Assembly (NCBI GenBank): GCA_038247765.1 | Contig: JBBRUN010000001.1 | Location: forward strand, 1 to 55,842 | Length of the DNA stretch: 55,842 nucleotides | From: Gemmatales bacterium | GTDB lineage: Bacteria; Planctomycetota; Planctomycetia; Gemmatales; Gemmataceae | Direction: 5' to 3' | Shown: one piece after another, positions 1 through 10,627 of the stretch | Layout: the number at the start of each line of letters is the position of its first letter | Numbering within the stretch: position 1 is the stretch's first letter | Made by a program: the position numbers and the translations under genes | The notes under the pieces: generated by a model | Database searches by the model: none | Told to the model about the DNA's origin: nothing | The model's input: only the letters and a program-made list of their open reading frames with translations

Positions 1-432
1 GAATTTGCGAAGTCCGCTCGTATCAGCTGTAGAAATGTCTTTTCGCTCTGTGATCGCTGTGGCCAAATTCATTGCGATTCGATCTGCCCCGCATCCGCCG
101 ACTGCTCCGGTTTCGTCGCTTCGACCGGTTGCGCCTGTCCGCTCCGCCCGGGCTTCGCAGTTTCGCGCCAACGCCGGGCCGCACGGGCCGTTGTGCCGGG
201 TAGAGTTGGGGCTATCGAACCGGAAAAGTGTCCGGTTGGCCGATGTTCGGGTTGGCGCGGTTGTGCGAACGACCTCGCGTCACCGGACCGCGGACCGACG
301 CGTTTTCGAAAGATTCGAATGGCGTCGGATGGCTTCCATCGATTACAATTGTTACTCATCCCGTACTTTGTGTTCTGCGGCTCGGGCCGTCCGGCTTCCG
401 ATCCGTCGAAACTAACCAGGAGCGCCCGGGCC

Positions 433-3400
433 ATGACCCTTGTCAAAAGCCTCAGGCTGCTGAGCGCGGTTCTCGGAGGCGCGGCCGCTTGCGCCATCAT
501 CGGGACTTCCGTGTTCGGCGACATCAAATCGGGTTCGAAACCGGCCCCGGCCGTAGCCGCACCGATCGCCGCGCCCAAGTTCGACGCCAGCAAGGTGATC
601 GACGAACTCGCCAAAACCAAATTCAGCGACAAACCCGTCCTGAGCTACAAGAACACCGCCGGCGAAACGATCTTCGCCTGGCAAGTGAAGCCGGTGCTCC
701 CGGCCGCCGCCGCCCGCCCCAAAGACGTGCTCGTCCTCGTCGATACCTCGGCGAGCCAAGCCGGCGACCCGATGAAGCAAGCCGGACTCGTGATTGAAGT
801 CCTGGGCAAGAAGCTCGGCGCCGACGACCGCTTGGACGTCTGGACGCTGAACATCGACAGCAAAGACCACACCCGCTCGCTCACGAAGGGCTTCCAGGCC
901 CCGAGCGATAAGAGCGTGAACCAATCGGTTCTGCAACTCGGCAACCACGAGTACGCCGCCGGCTCCATCGATTTGAAAGCGGGCCTCGACAAGGCCGCCA
1001 AGACGTTCGCGGGCAAAGCCGGTCGCCAGCAGATCATCCTTTTCTTGGGCGATGGCGAAAGCACGTCCGGTACGCCGATCACCGAAAAAGTCCGGGTCGA
1101 AATCGGGAACAAATTGGCCGACCAAGGCACGCAATTCTTCGCCGTGCCGCTCGGTTTGACCGTCTCCGCGAACAACCTCCACGGCCTCACGATGGCGACC
1201 GGCGGCACCGTGGTCCGCGCCAAAGAAAACCTCGCCAGCACCACCGGCAGCACCGAATTCAACAAACGCCTGCTAGCCGCGTTCGACGCCCCGGTGCTGA
1301 AGGCCGACAAAGCGACCTTCGGCGTCCCCGGGGTCGAACTCCTGCCGAATCGCCTGCCCCCGCTGCGATCCGACCGCGCCACGCTCGTCGTCGGCAAACT
1401 CCCGGCTCCGGTGGCCACCTTGACCCTCAACCTCGAAGGCACCGTCGGCGAGAAGAAAGTCTCGATCGATGTCGCCGAGCGCCTGCCCGAGGCGAGCTCG
1501 GATCACTTCTTCCTGAACGCGATGCTCGAACAGTGGAAGTCGGCCGGATCGAAGGATGCCCCCGTGATCTTGGCCGCCGACCGCGCCTTGGCCATGGCCG
1601 GCGAACAGTTCCGCCTCTTCCGCGACGAATTCGTCGAACTCGGGATGAAAGCGATTTCCGCCGACCGCTTCGACCACGCCGAGAAACTGTTCCAAGCCGC
1701 CGCGAAGATCGACCCGGCCCACGCCGAAGCTCTCGCCGGCACGAAAGTGGTCGCGCAACTCCGCTCGGGCGAGTTGACCAAAGACAAGCTCCAAGATCGC
1801 GTCAATCAGAACCAAAAAGCCGGCCGGAAACTCATCGCCCTCCAAGAACCGGTTCCCGGCGGCGGCGTCGTCCCAGCTCCGGTCGTTCCCGCCGGCCCCG
1901 GCGGCATCGAACGGGCCAAAGCGGCCCGTGCCGCCGCGGATCAAGAAGCCCGCGCCATCGTCGAAGAAACGCTCAAGCAAGTCCGCATTTTGAAATCGGT
2001 GGACCCGGATCGCGCCCTCGAAGACCTCAAACGCCAACGCGAAACGATCCTGCTCAACAGCGACCTGTCGGACGACGTCCGCCGCCGGCTGACCTCCGAC
2101 CTCGAAGCCTCGATGCGGGACGTCCAAGTGCAAGGCGCCGAAATCAAACGCCGGTTGTCGACCGAGCGTGATCGCATCAGCTCGGCCCGCTACAAACTCA
2201 ACGAATTCGACCGTTTGCTCTCGCAAGAAGAGCAAACGAAAGCCCGCATCGACCGCTTCCGCGACCTGATGAGCCAAGCCCGTTACGAGCTGGCCTACCA
2301 AGAAGCCCAAGTGATGGCCCAAGAGCGCATCAGCCGTGGCTTGGCCGTCCCGCCGGAAGTCACCGCGACCTACCGCATCGGCCAATCGGCCACGAACCTT
2401 CGCGAATTCACGGAACTCAAACGGATCCGCGAAGACCGCTACCTCATGTGCATGCTGCAAGTGGAGAAGTCGTTCATCCCGTATCCGGACGAACCGCCGG
2501 TTCACTTCCCGCCGGCGCAAGTCTGGCGCGAACTGACGAAGAATCGCTCCGAGAAATACTCGACGTACGAAGTGGGCGGCGACCCGACCTCCCGCGAACG
2601 GATGAAACGCATCCGCTCGATCCTCGAAGATCAGCGCGTCTCCTTCCCGGATTCGCTGAAAGGCAAACCGCTCCGCGTCGTCAAGGAACAGATCGAGTCT
2701 CAATTCAACATCAAGATCCTCATCCGCGAAGACCTCTTCCGCATCCTAGACCCGGACTACGACCCGGAACGCGTCATCTTCAAACTCGACGCGATCCTCT
2801 CGGGCGTCACCCTCGGCAGCTTCCTCGACGTGGCTCTGCTCGACATCAAAGCCTCGTACATCGTCCGCCCGGAATACATCGAAATCACGACCCTCGAACA
2901 GCGCCTCGAAGAAAAGGTCACCCTCGCCTTCGCGGTCGCCGACCTCGTGCTCGCGATTCCGTCCTCGGTCAACCCGCAGACCCTCCAGCAGAACTCGGAG
3001 TTCCAAGCCTCGCAATTGTCGATCTTCGGCGTCGGCCAAGCCCAGCAGTTCGGCAACGCCGGTTTCGGCAACCAAGGGGGCTTCGGCGGCGGTGGCCAAT
3101 TCGGCGGCGGTGGCCAATTCGGCGGCATGGGAGGCGGCGCCCTCGGCGGCGCTCTCGGCGGCGCCCTCGGCGCCGGCGGGATGCTTGGCATGGGCGGCGG
3201 CGGACTCGGCCAAGGCGGCGGGAACAACCTCGGCGTCGGCGGCGGCGTACTGGGGGCCGCCGGTGGCCAACTCGGCCAGTTCGGTAACCTCGGCGGCCAG
3301 TTCGGCATCCAGGGGAACGACCAGAGCATGTTCCTCACGGCCCTGATTCAAACCGTCGTCGCCCGCGGCGAATGGGACAACGTCGTCCCCGGCGTGCCCC

Positions 3401-4980
3401 CGCCCGCGGTGGGCCCCGGCGAAGACCCGGTCGCGACCACCGTGCCCGGGCCGCAACTGAACTCCCTCGGCTTCTACCCGCCGGTCCGGGCCCTCGTGAT
3501 CCGCGGCTCCACCCGCTATCACCCGACCCAATCCTTCAAACTGAAGGTGCCCGGCGCCGGTGGCAACGTCCAAGCGAATCCGCGCCAAGGCGATCCGAAT
3601 GTCTTCGCCCAAGCGAACGCCGGGCCGAGAATCCTCAACCCGAACGAAGATCCCCGCGCCCTGCTCAAGGCGACCAGGGGCAACCCGAAGGAAATCTGGC
3701 AACAGGCGTTCGCCAACAACATCAACGACCCGATGCTCATCGTCAACACGGTGGACATCATGAACGACGCGAAAGAGCACGACCACACGACCGAAGCCCT
3801 CAAGGCGACGATCCGCCACGGCCGCGCCAACGCGAGCTGGACGCACGAAGCCCTCGCCATCGCACTGCAAGCGAGCAAAGCCTCGACGTCCGAAGTCGAA
3901 CGCGCCACGCTCTCCGGCATCGACCTCGATCCGAAGAACGCCAAGGAATACATCAAGGCCGCGAAGTCGGAGAGCGAACTCGGCAATCAAACCGCCGCGA
4001 TCGACCTCTGCAAGCGGGCCGCGACCTTGGAACCGAACCTGCCGGACGCCTACGCCAACGCCCTCGTCTACGTCGAGCGTTCCGGCGACATCGCCACCGA
4101 CGTCGTCGGCTGGGCCACGACGAACTTGATGAAACGCGATTGGACGAACGACGGCGTCGATTACACGAAGCAAACCAAGGATCGCGTCGCCAAGATCGCC
4201 AAGAAACTGACCGACGCCGGCCGCGGTGCCGACGCCGATACGGTGAACAAAGGCTTGAACCAATCGAAGAGCCGCGACCTGCTCGTGGAACTCCGCTGGC
4301 AGGGCCAAGGCGACCTCGACATGAGCGTCGCCGAACCGAGCGGTTCGACCGCCTCGGCCACCGCCAAACGCACCAGCGGCGGCGGCGTCCTCAAGAGCGA
4401 CCTGCTCGAACAGGGCGACGACGACCGCACCGAAATCTACTCGGCCGGCGAAGCCTTCCCCGGCACCTACAAAGTGACCGTGAAGACCAGCTTGGGCCGC
4501 GCCGTCGGCAACAAGGCGTTGGTGAAAGTCACGAAGTTCCCCGGCACCCCGAAGGAATCCTTCGAGATCTTCACCGTCGATATGGCGAACCCGAAGCCGA
4601 TCGAATTCAAACTCGATGGCGGCACGCGTAAGGAACTCGCCGAAATCCCGACCGATGACTCGGAAGCCCGCCAACTGACGACGGCCGCGCCGAAGTCGTA
4701 CGTGCCCAACGGCATCGGTGGCGGGGTCGGCTTGGCCAACCCGGACCTCACCGTCTTAACCGGCGGCAACTCGGGTTCGAACATGCCGATCGTTACGCCG
4801 TCCGTGGAAACCAAGTTCGACAGCATCTCGCCGGTGCTGCCGGGCGTCCGCGTGGTCGGCAGAGTGTCGAGCGACCGCAGCATGCTCGAATACACCGCTA
4901 GCGCCGTGTTCACCGGCCCGGCCGTGGACATCCCGATGCCGAAAGTGAACCTACTTCCCGGCTCGGATCGCAGCAGATAA
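433..4980 (+). CDS. Giant secreted vWA-domain protein (signal peptide, MIDAS vWA, TPR/coiled-coil, Gly/Phe/Gln-rich linker, DUF2135/YfaP-like C-terminal module)
   Basis: Uninterrupted frame (track ORF 193..4980). I place the start at ATG 433 ([24 protein letters not shown], signal-peptide-like) with AGGAG about 12 nt upstream. DxSxS MIDAS motif in [13 protein letters not shown]. The C-terminal [22 protein letters not shown]...GTYKVTVK resembles the DUF2135 pattern from memory. Confidence 0.85.
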   Translation: MTLVKSLRLLSAVLGGAAACAIIGTSVFGDIKSGSKPAPAVAAPIAAPKFDASKVIDELAKTKFSDKPVLSYKNTAGETIFAWQVKPVLPAAAARPKDVLVLVDTSASQAGDPMKQAGLVIEVLGKKLGADDRLDVWTLNIDSKDHTRSLTKGFQAPSDKSVNQSVLQLGNHEYAAGSIDLKAGLDKAAKTFAGKAGRQQIILFLGDGESTSGTPITEKVRVEIGNKLADQGTQFFAVPLGLTVSANNLHGLTMATGGTVVRAKENLASTTGSTEFNKRLLAAFDAPVLKADKATFGVPGVELLPNRLPPLRSDRATLVVGKLPAPVATLTLNLEGTVGEKKVSIDVAERLPEASSDHFFLNAMLEQWKSAGSKDAPVILAADRALAMAGEQFRLFRDEFVELGMKAISADRFDHAEKLFQAAAKIDPAHAEALAGTKVVAQLRSGELTKDKLQDRVNQNQKAGRKLIALQEPVPGGGVVPAPVVPAGPGGIERAKAARAAADQEARAIVEETLKQVRILKSVDPDRALEDLKRQRETILLNSDLSDDVRRRLTSDLEASMRDVQVQGAEIKRRLSTERDRISSARYKLNEFDRLLSQEEQTKARIDRFRDLMSQARYELAYQEAQVMAQERISRGLAVPPEVTATYRIGQSATNLREFTELKRIREDRYLMCMLQVEKSFIPYPDEPPVHFPPAQVWRELTKNRSEKYSTYEVGGDPTSRERMKRIRSILEDQRVSFPDSLKGKPLRVVKEQIESQFNIKILIREDLFRILDPDYDPERVIFKLDAILSGVTLGSFLDVALLDIKASYIVRPEYIEITTLEQRLEEKVTLAFAVADLVLAIPSSVNPQTLQQNSEFQASQLSIFGVGQAQQFGNAGFGNQGGFGGGGQFGGGGQFGGMGGGALGGALGGALGAGGMLGMGGGGLGQGGGNNLGVGGGVLGAAGGQLGQFGNLGGQFGIQGNDQSMFLTALIQTVVARGEWDNVVPGVPPPAVGPGEDPVATTVPGPQLNSLGFYPPVRALVIRGSTRYHPTQSFKLKVPGAGGNVQANPRQGDPNVFAQANAGPRILNPNEDPRALLKATRGNPKEIWQQAFANNINDPMLIVNTVDIMNDAKEHDHTTEALKATIRHGRANASWTHEALAIALQASKASTSEVERATLSGIDLDPKNAKEYIKAAKSESELGNQTAAIDLCKRAATLEPNLPDAYANALVYVERSGDIATDVVGWATTNLMKRDWTNDGVDYTKQTKDRVAKIAKKLTDAGRGADADTVNKGLNQSKSRDLLVELRWQGQGDLDMSVAEPSGSTASATAKRTSGGGVLKSDLLEQGDDDRTEIYSAGEAFPGTYKVTVKTSLGRAVGNKALVKVTKFPGTPKESFEIFTVDMANPKPIEFKLDGGTRKELAEIPTDDSEARQLTTAAPKSYVPNGIGGGVGLANPDLTVLTGGNSGSNMPIVTPSVETKFDSISPVLPGVRVVGRVSSDRSMLEYTASAVFTGPAVDIPMPKVNLLPGSDRSR
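3085..3120 (+). repeat. Perfect tandem duplication of an 18-nt unit (ggcggcggtggccaattc x2) inside the Gly-rich coding segment
   Basis: Read directly: 3085-3102 and 3103-3120 are identical and encode [12 protein letters not shown]. They are followed by about three copies of a ggcggcgcyctc (GGAL) unit. Confidence 0.9.
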
Positions 4981-5003
4981 TCGATGGTTCCCATGCGGAT
5001 CCC

Positions 5004-5044
5004 ACACCGGCCCGGCTTCTCCTACGGGGAAGCCGGGCCGGTGT
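5004..5044 (+). terminator. Rho-independent-type hairpin downstream of the vWA giant
   Basis: 16-bp perfect stem acaccggcccggcttc / gaagccgggccggtgt with a 9-nt loop, followed by cattt. It lies 24 nt after the stop at 4980. Confidence 0.6.
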
Positions 5045-5183
5045 CATTTCCCCCGCAACGCCAATGGAGATGTTTAGTTTCGATCCTCATCGATTCTTCA
5101 CATTCCTTACGCTCGTTCTTCACAGACGGATCTTACAAATGCCGGTGACGGTTTCGCTTCCATTTTTCGAACGGAGTTTCATC

Positions 5184-6416
5184 ATGCGTCAGTCGGCTCG
5201 TCGGGGGGCGTTTACGCTCATCGAACTGCTGGTCGTGATCGCGATCATCGCCATCCTCATCGGCCTGCTCTTGCCCGCCGTCCAGAAGGTCCGCGAAGCG
5301 GCCGCTCGGATGAGGTGCACCAACAACCTGAAACAACTTGGACTCGCAGCGCACAACGTCGAAAGCTCGACGGGCACCTTCCCGCCAGGCGTACCTCGGT
5401 TCAATCAAACATTGGCCGAAAACGCACCGCACAATGCAATCTTACCCAGACCTTCAGGTTGGGCGAGTCCTCCGGCGCCGACGACTTTCGCCGAAGGTTT
5501 AGGCAACCCCGCCAATGTCGCGGCCTCCGACCCGCCACTATGGTGGTTCACCGGTAACCAAGCTTGGAGCGGCGAAGCCCGCTGTTACGGGCCGAGCTGG
5601 CCGTTCCACATTATGGCCGAGATTGAGCAAACCGCACTCGCCACAAGACTGGCTTCGCAGATCACCGATCCGATCACCAGCACTGACTTATACGAAGCCA
5701 ATCCAGCGGATAACCTCGACGGCCAACCGCTTCGCCGGGCCGACCGAGACTACCAATCGACTCTCGCCAAGCGAATATTGCTTTGCCCAAGTTCACCGCA
5801 CAACCCGGACTTCATGCTCAATGACAACTCCCTTGAAAACCTGATGAAGTCCAATTACGTCGGCTGCTTCGGCGGCAACACAGTAGGCAACTCAGCTTCG
5901 TACGGCGGCGGATCGGCAGCGTCCGGTGTGTTCAATCTCGTACAGGTTAAAAAATGGCCCACAACCGCTCGGTTGGGAATCGGCAAAGGGGCGACCATCG
6001 TCGGAGTAACCGACGGAACCTCGAACACCGTTCTCTTCAGCGAAGTCCTTCCGTTCAATGATCCTCTCGACGGTCCTAACTCGACCAGCTCGGGTCGGAA
6101 TCGCGACGGTCGTGGCACTGTTCTACACCCCGGGCCCGGCGGCAACATGTTCACCACGTTCACGCAGCCCAACTCCTCTACCGGGGATAGCATGTTCTAC
6201 TGCGACCTGCGCATTCCCACCACGAATCAAGATAAACTGGCGTGCACGCAGAACCGCGTGGACGGTAACCAATGGGCCGCCGCCCGTAGTAAACACACTG
6301 GTGGCGTCAACGCTTGCTTCGCAGATGGCAGTGTGCGATTTATCCGCGAGAGTATCGCCGTCGGGACTTGGCAAGCGATGGGAACGAAGACCGGCGGCGA
6401 AGTCGTCTCCGAATGA
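5184..6416 (+). CDS. DUF1559 family protein with prepilin-type N-terminal cleavage/methylation domain
   Basis: N-terminus [55 protein letters not shown] is the classic type IV pilin-like/DUF1559 leader. The C-terminal [21 protein letters not shown] is the typical DUF1559 end. Start moved from track 5064 to ATG 5184. Confidence 0.9.
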   Translation: MRQSARRGAFTLIELLVVIAIIAILIGLLLPAVQKVREAAARMRCTNNLKQLGLAAHNVESSTGTFPPGVPRFNQTLAENAPHNAILPRPSGWASPPAPTTFAEGLGNPANVAASDPPLWWFTGNQAWSGEARCYGPSWPFHIMAEIEQTALATRLASQITDPITSTDLYEANPADNLDGQPLRRADRDYQSTLAKRILLCPSSPHNPDFMLNDNSLENLMKSNYVGCFGGNTVGNSASYGGGSAASGVFNLVQVKKWPTTARLGIGKGATIVGVTDGTSNTVLFSEVLPFNDPLDGPNSTSSGRNRDGRGTVLHPGPGGNMFTTFTQPNSSTGDSMFYCDLRIPTTNQDKLACTQNRVDGNQWAAARSKHTGGVNACFADGSVRFIRESIAVGTWQAMGTKTGGEVVSE

Positions 6417-6484
6417 CATTTATAGCTGCTGGCGACAGCGGTCGCCCGCAGCATTCATCCTATCTCAATGTTGGAGTGCGTGCG

Positions 6485-6868
6485 ATGCGCTGCGTGATTG
6501 AGTTCTGCTTGATCCTGAGCTTCCTGTTTGCACTTGGCTGTGGTTCATCCGACACTCCCATAGCACCCGATTTCGGCGGGGAAGATGGTAAGCAAATCGC
6601 AGCTGTCGTCGATCGCATGAACGATGAAAGCAATACAGTGTCGCGTCTGAAAGAATCTTTTGCCAGCGGCACAACCATCGAGAAAAAGCAAACCAAAACG
6701 TATTCGCAGTACCGCTACGACTTGAAGAGCAAAGTCAGCGTCAACGGCGACACGGCTACGGGCACCGTCACGATTGAAAAGAACGCCGGTGGCGATCCCG
6801 TGGAAAAAGAATGGATCTTCGTCAAAGAAGGCGACAAATGGAAGATCAAGTCCGCACCGCTACCGTAA
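6485..6868 (+). CDS. Small putative lipoprotein
   Basis: MRCVIEFCLILSFLFALGCGSS has a lipobox-like ALGC. Composition is AT-richer than the neighbours. The stop lies 4 nt before the next start. Start chosen at ATG 6485 within track ORF 6314..6868. Confidence 0.6.
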   Translation: MRCVIEFCLILSFLFALGCGSSDTPIAPDFGGEDGKQIAAVVDRMNDESNTVSRLKESFASGTTIEKKQTKTYSQYRYDLKSKVSVNGDTATGTVTIEKNAGGDPVEKEWIFVKEGDKWKIKSAPLP

Positions 6869-6872
6869 CCGC

Positions 6873-7895
6873 ATGACCACCCCTGCTCCGCTCGTCAGTC
6901 CACCACCCCAACCCGCGTCTGCCGCCGCGGGTTGGATTGTCTCGCCCGCATTCGACCTGCTCTTCCTCGCCAACCTCGGCTGGCTGCTGCTGCTCATCCC
7001 CGGCATCGCCCTGGCCGATGGCAGCGTTCATACCGAGTTCTGGCAGCTCTACTTCCTGACGACCCCGCACCGCTGGCTCACACTGATCCTCGTCGCCTCA
7101 GACCCGGATCGACGGGTCGGGCGGCACCGCCTCTTCCTCGGCTTCGCCGTCGTCGCAGCACTGCTCGTCGGGGCCATCTGGGGCTTCACCGGCTCGCTCA
7201 CCTGCCTGTTGCTCGTCGATTACATCTGGAACGCGTGGCACTTCGCCTCGCAGCACCAAGGTGTGCTGCGGATGTACGCCCGCAAGTCCGGCGGCGGCCC
7301 GGAGTGGCTCGAACGCCACGGCCTGCGGCTGTTCGTCGTCTACACGATCCTCCGCACGGCCGGGTGGAGTACCGGCTGGCTCGAAGCCGACAGCGTCACC
7401 AAAGGGTGGATGAACGCCGCGGACCTCGCCTGCTTCGGCATCCCCGCAGCGATCCTGCTGTTGAACCTCAAAGGTGCGAGCCGTGCGCGACTTCCCAAGA
7501 TCATCTACCTCGTCAGTCTGCTCGGCCTGTACTGCGGATTGCTCCTGAGCCTGCGGAGCGACTGGCGGATGGGCGTCTTCGCGCTCACCGCCGCGAGTTC
7601 GACCTTCCACGCCGTGGAATATTTGGCCGTGGTCAGCCACTACGCCCGGCGGCGCACGAGCCTCGGCAGCGACGGCCTCTTCCGCAAGATGGCCCTCAAT
7701 TGGGTCGTGCTGCTCGGGGCGTACATGCTCGCATTGGGCCTCATCGGCATCTGGGCGGCGCAGCCGAGCAGCGGCGTCACGCGGGCTTGGCTCGCCATCA
7801 ACACGTGGGCCGCGTTCCTGCACTACACCTACGACGGCTTCATTTGGAAGCTCCGCCGGCCCGACACCGCTCGGGCTTTGGGGGTTACGCCGTGA
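6873..7895 (+). CDS. Polytopic membrane protein with conserved-looking His motifs, family not recognised
   Basis: Multiple hydrophobic segments. Motifs TPHRW, NAWHFASQHQGV, FHAVEYLAVVSHY, LHYTYDGFIWK. Start at ATG 6873 (MTTPAPLV) within track ORF 6774..7895. Confidence 0.7.
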   Translation: MTTPAPLVSPPPQPASAAAGWIVSPAFDLLFLANLGWLLLLIPGIALADGSVHTEFWQLYFLTTPHRWLTLILVASDPDRRVGRHRLFLGFAVVAALLVGAIWGFTGSLTCLLLVDYIWNAWHFASQHQGVLRMYARKSGGGPEWLERHGLRLFVVYTILRTAGWSTGWLEADSVTKGWMNAADLACFGIPAAILLLNLKGASRARLPKIIYLVSLLGLYCGLLLSLRSDWRMGVFALTAASSTFHAVEYLAVVSHYARRRTSLGSDGLFRKMALNWVVLLGAYMLALGLIGIWAAQPSSGVTRAWLAINTWAAFLHYTYDGFIWKLRRPDTARALGVTP

Positions 7896-9046
7896 CCGGT
7901 CGCCAACTCTTCGCGTGGTCTCTCGCTGCGATTGTTCCCGGCCTCGCCCTTTGGTTCGCGGCTCCGCCGGATCGCGGCGACGTCGGCCTCGCGGTCGCCC
8001 CGTTCGGTTGGCCATCGATGGTCGCCGTGCACTTGCTCGCGGCGCTGCCGTTGGCCGTGGCGTTGGGGAATCGGTCGCGCGGTTGGTTCGTCAGTGCGGG
8101 CGAGGGGATTCCGCCGTGGGCACCGGCGATCATCGGAATTATCTTTGCGGCTATCGCTTATTATCAAGCTCAGGACATCGGCGAAGTCCTGACCGAATGG
8201 GGCTTTGCGATGCGTGCCATCGCCCGCACATTGGGCTGCGTGTTACTGGCTTGGCCTTGGTGCCTGATTGCGGCGGATTCGCCGGGCCGGGTCTGGATGC
8301 TATTATTCACGGCGATTGCGGCCTTCGCCCTGCCCGCGATCCACGCCGATGCCTTGGCCGACAAGGGCATCCGCGAAGGAAGCGATCTGCTGCTGCAAGA
8401 CCGGCTCGTCGCCGCGCGGCCGCAGTGGATTGCCGTCGGCGACCTCGCGCCGTTTCGGCTGTCGCCGGGTTTCAAAAAGCCGACGACCCCGCCTGAGGTC
8501 GTGAAACTGCTCGATGCGGACATCGCGAAGATATCGAAGGCGGTCGAAGGCGGATTGCCGGCGAAGATCTCGGCGAAGGGGAAGTTCGACTACACCGGGG
8601 CGCTGTTGAACCTCGACCGCGCCGCGGAAGCCGAGGCGATTCTGCGAACCTTGCCGGCGGATCCGGCGGTGTCGCGACGGCTCGCGGAAGCACTGAGCCG
8701 CCAAGGGAAGTTCCTCGAGAGCGACGACGTCGTGCGGCCGCTGCTCGATTCCCCGGATGCGATCACGCGGCGAGGCGTGTACGAGCAACTGGCCCGCAAT
8801 GCCAGCGACCGCCACGACCAAGCCGAAGTCGCGCGGCTGCTGTCCGAGGCGATCGCAAAAGTGCCGGAGTTCGCGGGGTATTTCCAATTCCAACTCGGCC
8901 GGCACTTCAGCCAAACCGGCCGGCCCTTCGAGGCGCTGGCGGCATTCGACCGGGCCGAGCAACTCGATCCGAAGATGGCGCCCCTGGCGGAACCGTACCG
9001 CGGGTCGATCCGCGAGCACACTCCCGGTTGCCTCATCGGCCGCTGA
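7892..9046 (+). CDS. Membrane protein with C-terminal TPR-like region
   Basis: GTG 7892 overlaps the upstream stop (GTGA, 7892-7895) and is in frame with track ORF 6932..9046. The N-terminal half is hydrophobic (LFAWSLAAIVPGLALWF, MVAVHLLAALPLAVALG, AIIGIIFAAIAYY). The C-terminal half is helical-repeat-like. The part 5' of 7892 overlaps gene 6873..7895 and is Arg/Pro-rich, so I excluded it. Confidence 0.65.
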   Translation: MTGRQLFAWSLAAIVPGLALWFAAPPDRGDVGLAVAPFGWPSMVAVHLLAALPLAVALGNRSRGWFVSAGEGIPPWAPAIIGIIFAAIAYYQAQDIGEVLTEWGFAMRAIARTLGCVLLAWPWCLIAADSPGRVWMLLFTAIAAFALPAIHADALADKGIREGSDLLLQDRLVAARPQWIAVGDLAPFRLSPGFKKPTTPPEVVKLLDADIAKISKAVEGGLPAKISAKGKFDYTGALLNLDRAAEAEAILRTLPADPAVSRRLAEALSRQGKFLESDDVVRPLLDSPDAITRRGVYEQLARNASDRHDQAEVARLLSEAIAKVPEFAGYFQFQLGRHFSQTGRPFEALAAFDRAEQLDPKMAPLAEPYRGSIREHTPGCLIGR

Positions 9047-9061
9047 TGTGGGTCAACGACA

Positions 9062-9090
9062 AAACCCCGCCTCACGGTGGGGTTTCGCAT
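9062..9090. terminator. Hairpin between convergent genes (possible bidirectional terminator)
   Basis: aaaccccgcc tcac ggtggggttt (10-bp stem, one mismatch) followed by cgcattttt. It lies between the stops at 9046 (+) and 9098 (-). Confidence 0.5.
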
Positions 9091-9097
9091 TTTTCGC

Positions 9098-10144
9098 TCA
9101 CTTGCTACTCGGCAGATCGGGCGGTAGCAGAAGCATGTTCGGCGGCATCGGCGACGAGAATGTCGGCCGGGCGGTCGGGTTGCCTTTGGTCGGTGCGGGG
9201 CGGTCGTCGCTGCGCGGGGTCGAGCCCCGGGCGGTGCCGAGCACCGGTGGCTCGAGTTGCGGCAGGCCCGGCCCGGCGCTGGTGCGGAGATCGTAGCCGC
9301 GCGATTCCCCCGTGCCTTTATTCAGCGAAGCGACCGAGCCGCCACCGCTGACCTTGGAACGCGACGCCAGATCGGCCGGGGGCTTGCGGAGCGAGTCGAT
9401 CCACTTCACCTGCAGGTTGTCGACGCTGTCGAAGTCGTAGTGGGTGGCGACGGCCTTCTCCCAGTTTTTGTTCCCCTTCTGCATCCCCGTTTCGAGGAAG
9501 TCGAGGAACTTCTTGCGGCCCTTCAACCCGCCGCCGCCGAGCGCGATGAGGTAGTCCGAAACCGAATAGCCTTGGGCGTAGAGCACGATCATGTCGCGGG
9601 GGTATTCCTTCATGGCGAAGAGAATCCGCAGCGGAATCCCGCGGCCCGCATTCAAGAATTCCCGGCACTTCACATCGTGGTCGAGCCGTTCTTTATCGTT
9701 CTCCGAAAGCACCGAGCCGCCTTCATCGGCCCAGCGCGGCACCGCTTGGCCGAAGTGGTACGCCAGCACCGTGTGCGTGATCTCGTGCGGCAACACGCTG
9801 TCGAGCAGTTGCTTGACGCTGCCGAATATCTTCATCTCTTGGGAGAGCACGCCGGCCTTGGCATCGGAGAAGGTGAACGTGGTGGCCCCGCCGGTGCGGC
9901 CTTCGGTGATCTCGATGGCGAGAGGGCACTTCTGCGACCAGTTCGGCATTTCCTGGCCGAGCCAGTCGCGGGCCTTTTCCTCGCGGTATTTCTCGGCGTA
10001 TTCGCCGAAAGTCTTGGCGAGTGGCTTCGTCGGCGCGCGGACGACGAAGTTCTCGGTGACGTAGCGCTCGTCGGCGCGGGCCGAGGAAACGGACAGAATG
10101 ACGGTGCTGGCCAGAGCCAGGAGTAGCGACCGACGAAGTGTCAT
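9098..10144 (-). CDS. Secreted HExxH zinc metallopeptidase-like protein (gluzincin/peptidase-MA-like)
   Basis: Start at ATG 10144 (MTLRRSLLLALASTVILSVSSARA signal peptide) with GGAGG upstream. HEITH motif in SVLPHEITHTVLAYHF, with a downstream WADEGGS as candidate third ligand. Disordered Pro/Ser-rich tail. Confidence 0.75.
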   Translation of the reverse strand: MTLRRSLLLALASTVILSVSSARADERYVTENFVVRAPTKPLAKTFGEYAEKYREEKARDWLGQEMPNWSQKCPLAIEITEGRTGGATTFTFSDAKAGVLSQEMKIFGSVKQLLDSVLPHEITHTVLAYHFGQAVPRWADEGGSVLSENDKERLDHDVKCREFLNAGRGIPLRILFAMKEYPRDMIVLYAQGYSVSDYLIALGGGGLKGRKKFLDFLETGMQKGNKNWEKAVATHYDFDSVDNLQVKWIDSLRKPPADLASRSKVSGGGSVASLNKGTGESRGYDLRTSAGPGLPQLEPPVLGTARGSTPRSDDRPAPTKGNPTARPTFSSPMPPNMLLLPPDLPSSK

Positions 10145-10627
10145 TCCTTTGACCTCCGTGGAGTGGATCGAACGCCAGTTGTTGACGCCGGACCATCGTG
10201 GTGGCGTCGGAAGTGTACAGTGCAATGCGGGTGCCAAGCATGGGAAGCGACCGTCGCGCGGGGAAGTGTTGTGAAGTAAAGTGCGTGCGGCGCAACCTTT
10301 CGGGTTTGGGGCGACGGCGCCGATTCGCGCGGGGCCCCGTGCGACCGCTGTAACTTGTACCGTTTACCCCGCCGGTGACGGAAAGGTTCGCCGGAGCGTG
10401 TAAGAAGTACAAATGGTTCGTGGAGACCGAGAATTCAGTTTCGCTTTCGGAGCTTTCGGAGCTTTCAGCGAGGGGGGTATGCAGAATGACCGAAACTGAA
10501 ACCATAAATCTGACACCCTCCGCCAGAGTCCGCGGGCGCACCCGAACAGAATCCACATCAAGGGCACGCGGAAATCGCATTCGGCTACAATGGAGGGGGC
10601 TGCCATCGCGAGCGACCGAGAAATCAC

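Noticed and set aside
193-432. 5' extensions of track ORFs (193, 5064, 6314, 6774, 12827, 23204, 34280, 41926, 45228; on the minus strand 10237 and 54741)
   Set aside because: Internal ATG/GTG codons give proper signal peptides or family-typical N-termini, often with a Shine-Dalgarno-like purine run upstream. The extensions are Arg/Pro-rich or overlap upstream genes or repeats.
6932-7891. N-terminal 320 codons of track ORF 6932..9046
   Set aside because: This part overlaps the membrane-protein gene 6873..7895 in another frame and is an Arg/Pro-rich read-through. The GTG at 7892 with a GTGA stop-start overlap is the more plausible start.
10444-10468. 9-nt tandem repeat ctttcggag x2.7 in the long spacer upstream of 10628
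   Set aside because: It is short and low in copy number and could arise by chance slippage. I noted it only as part of the spacer.
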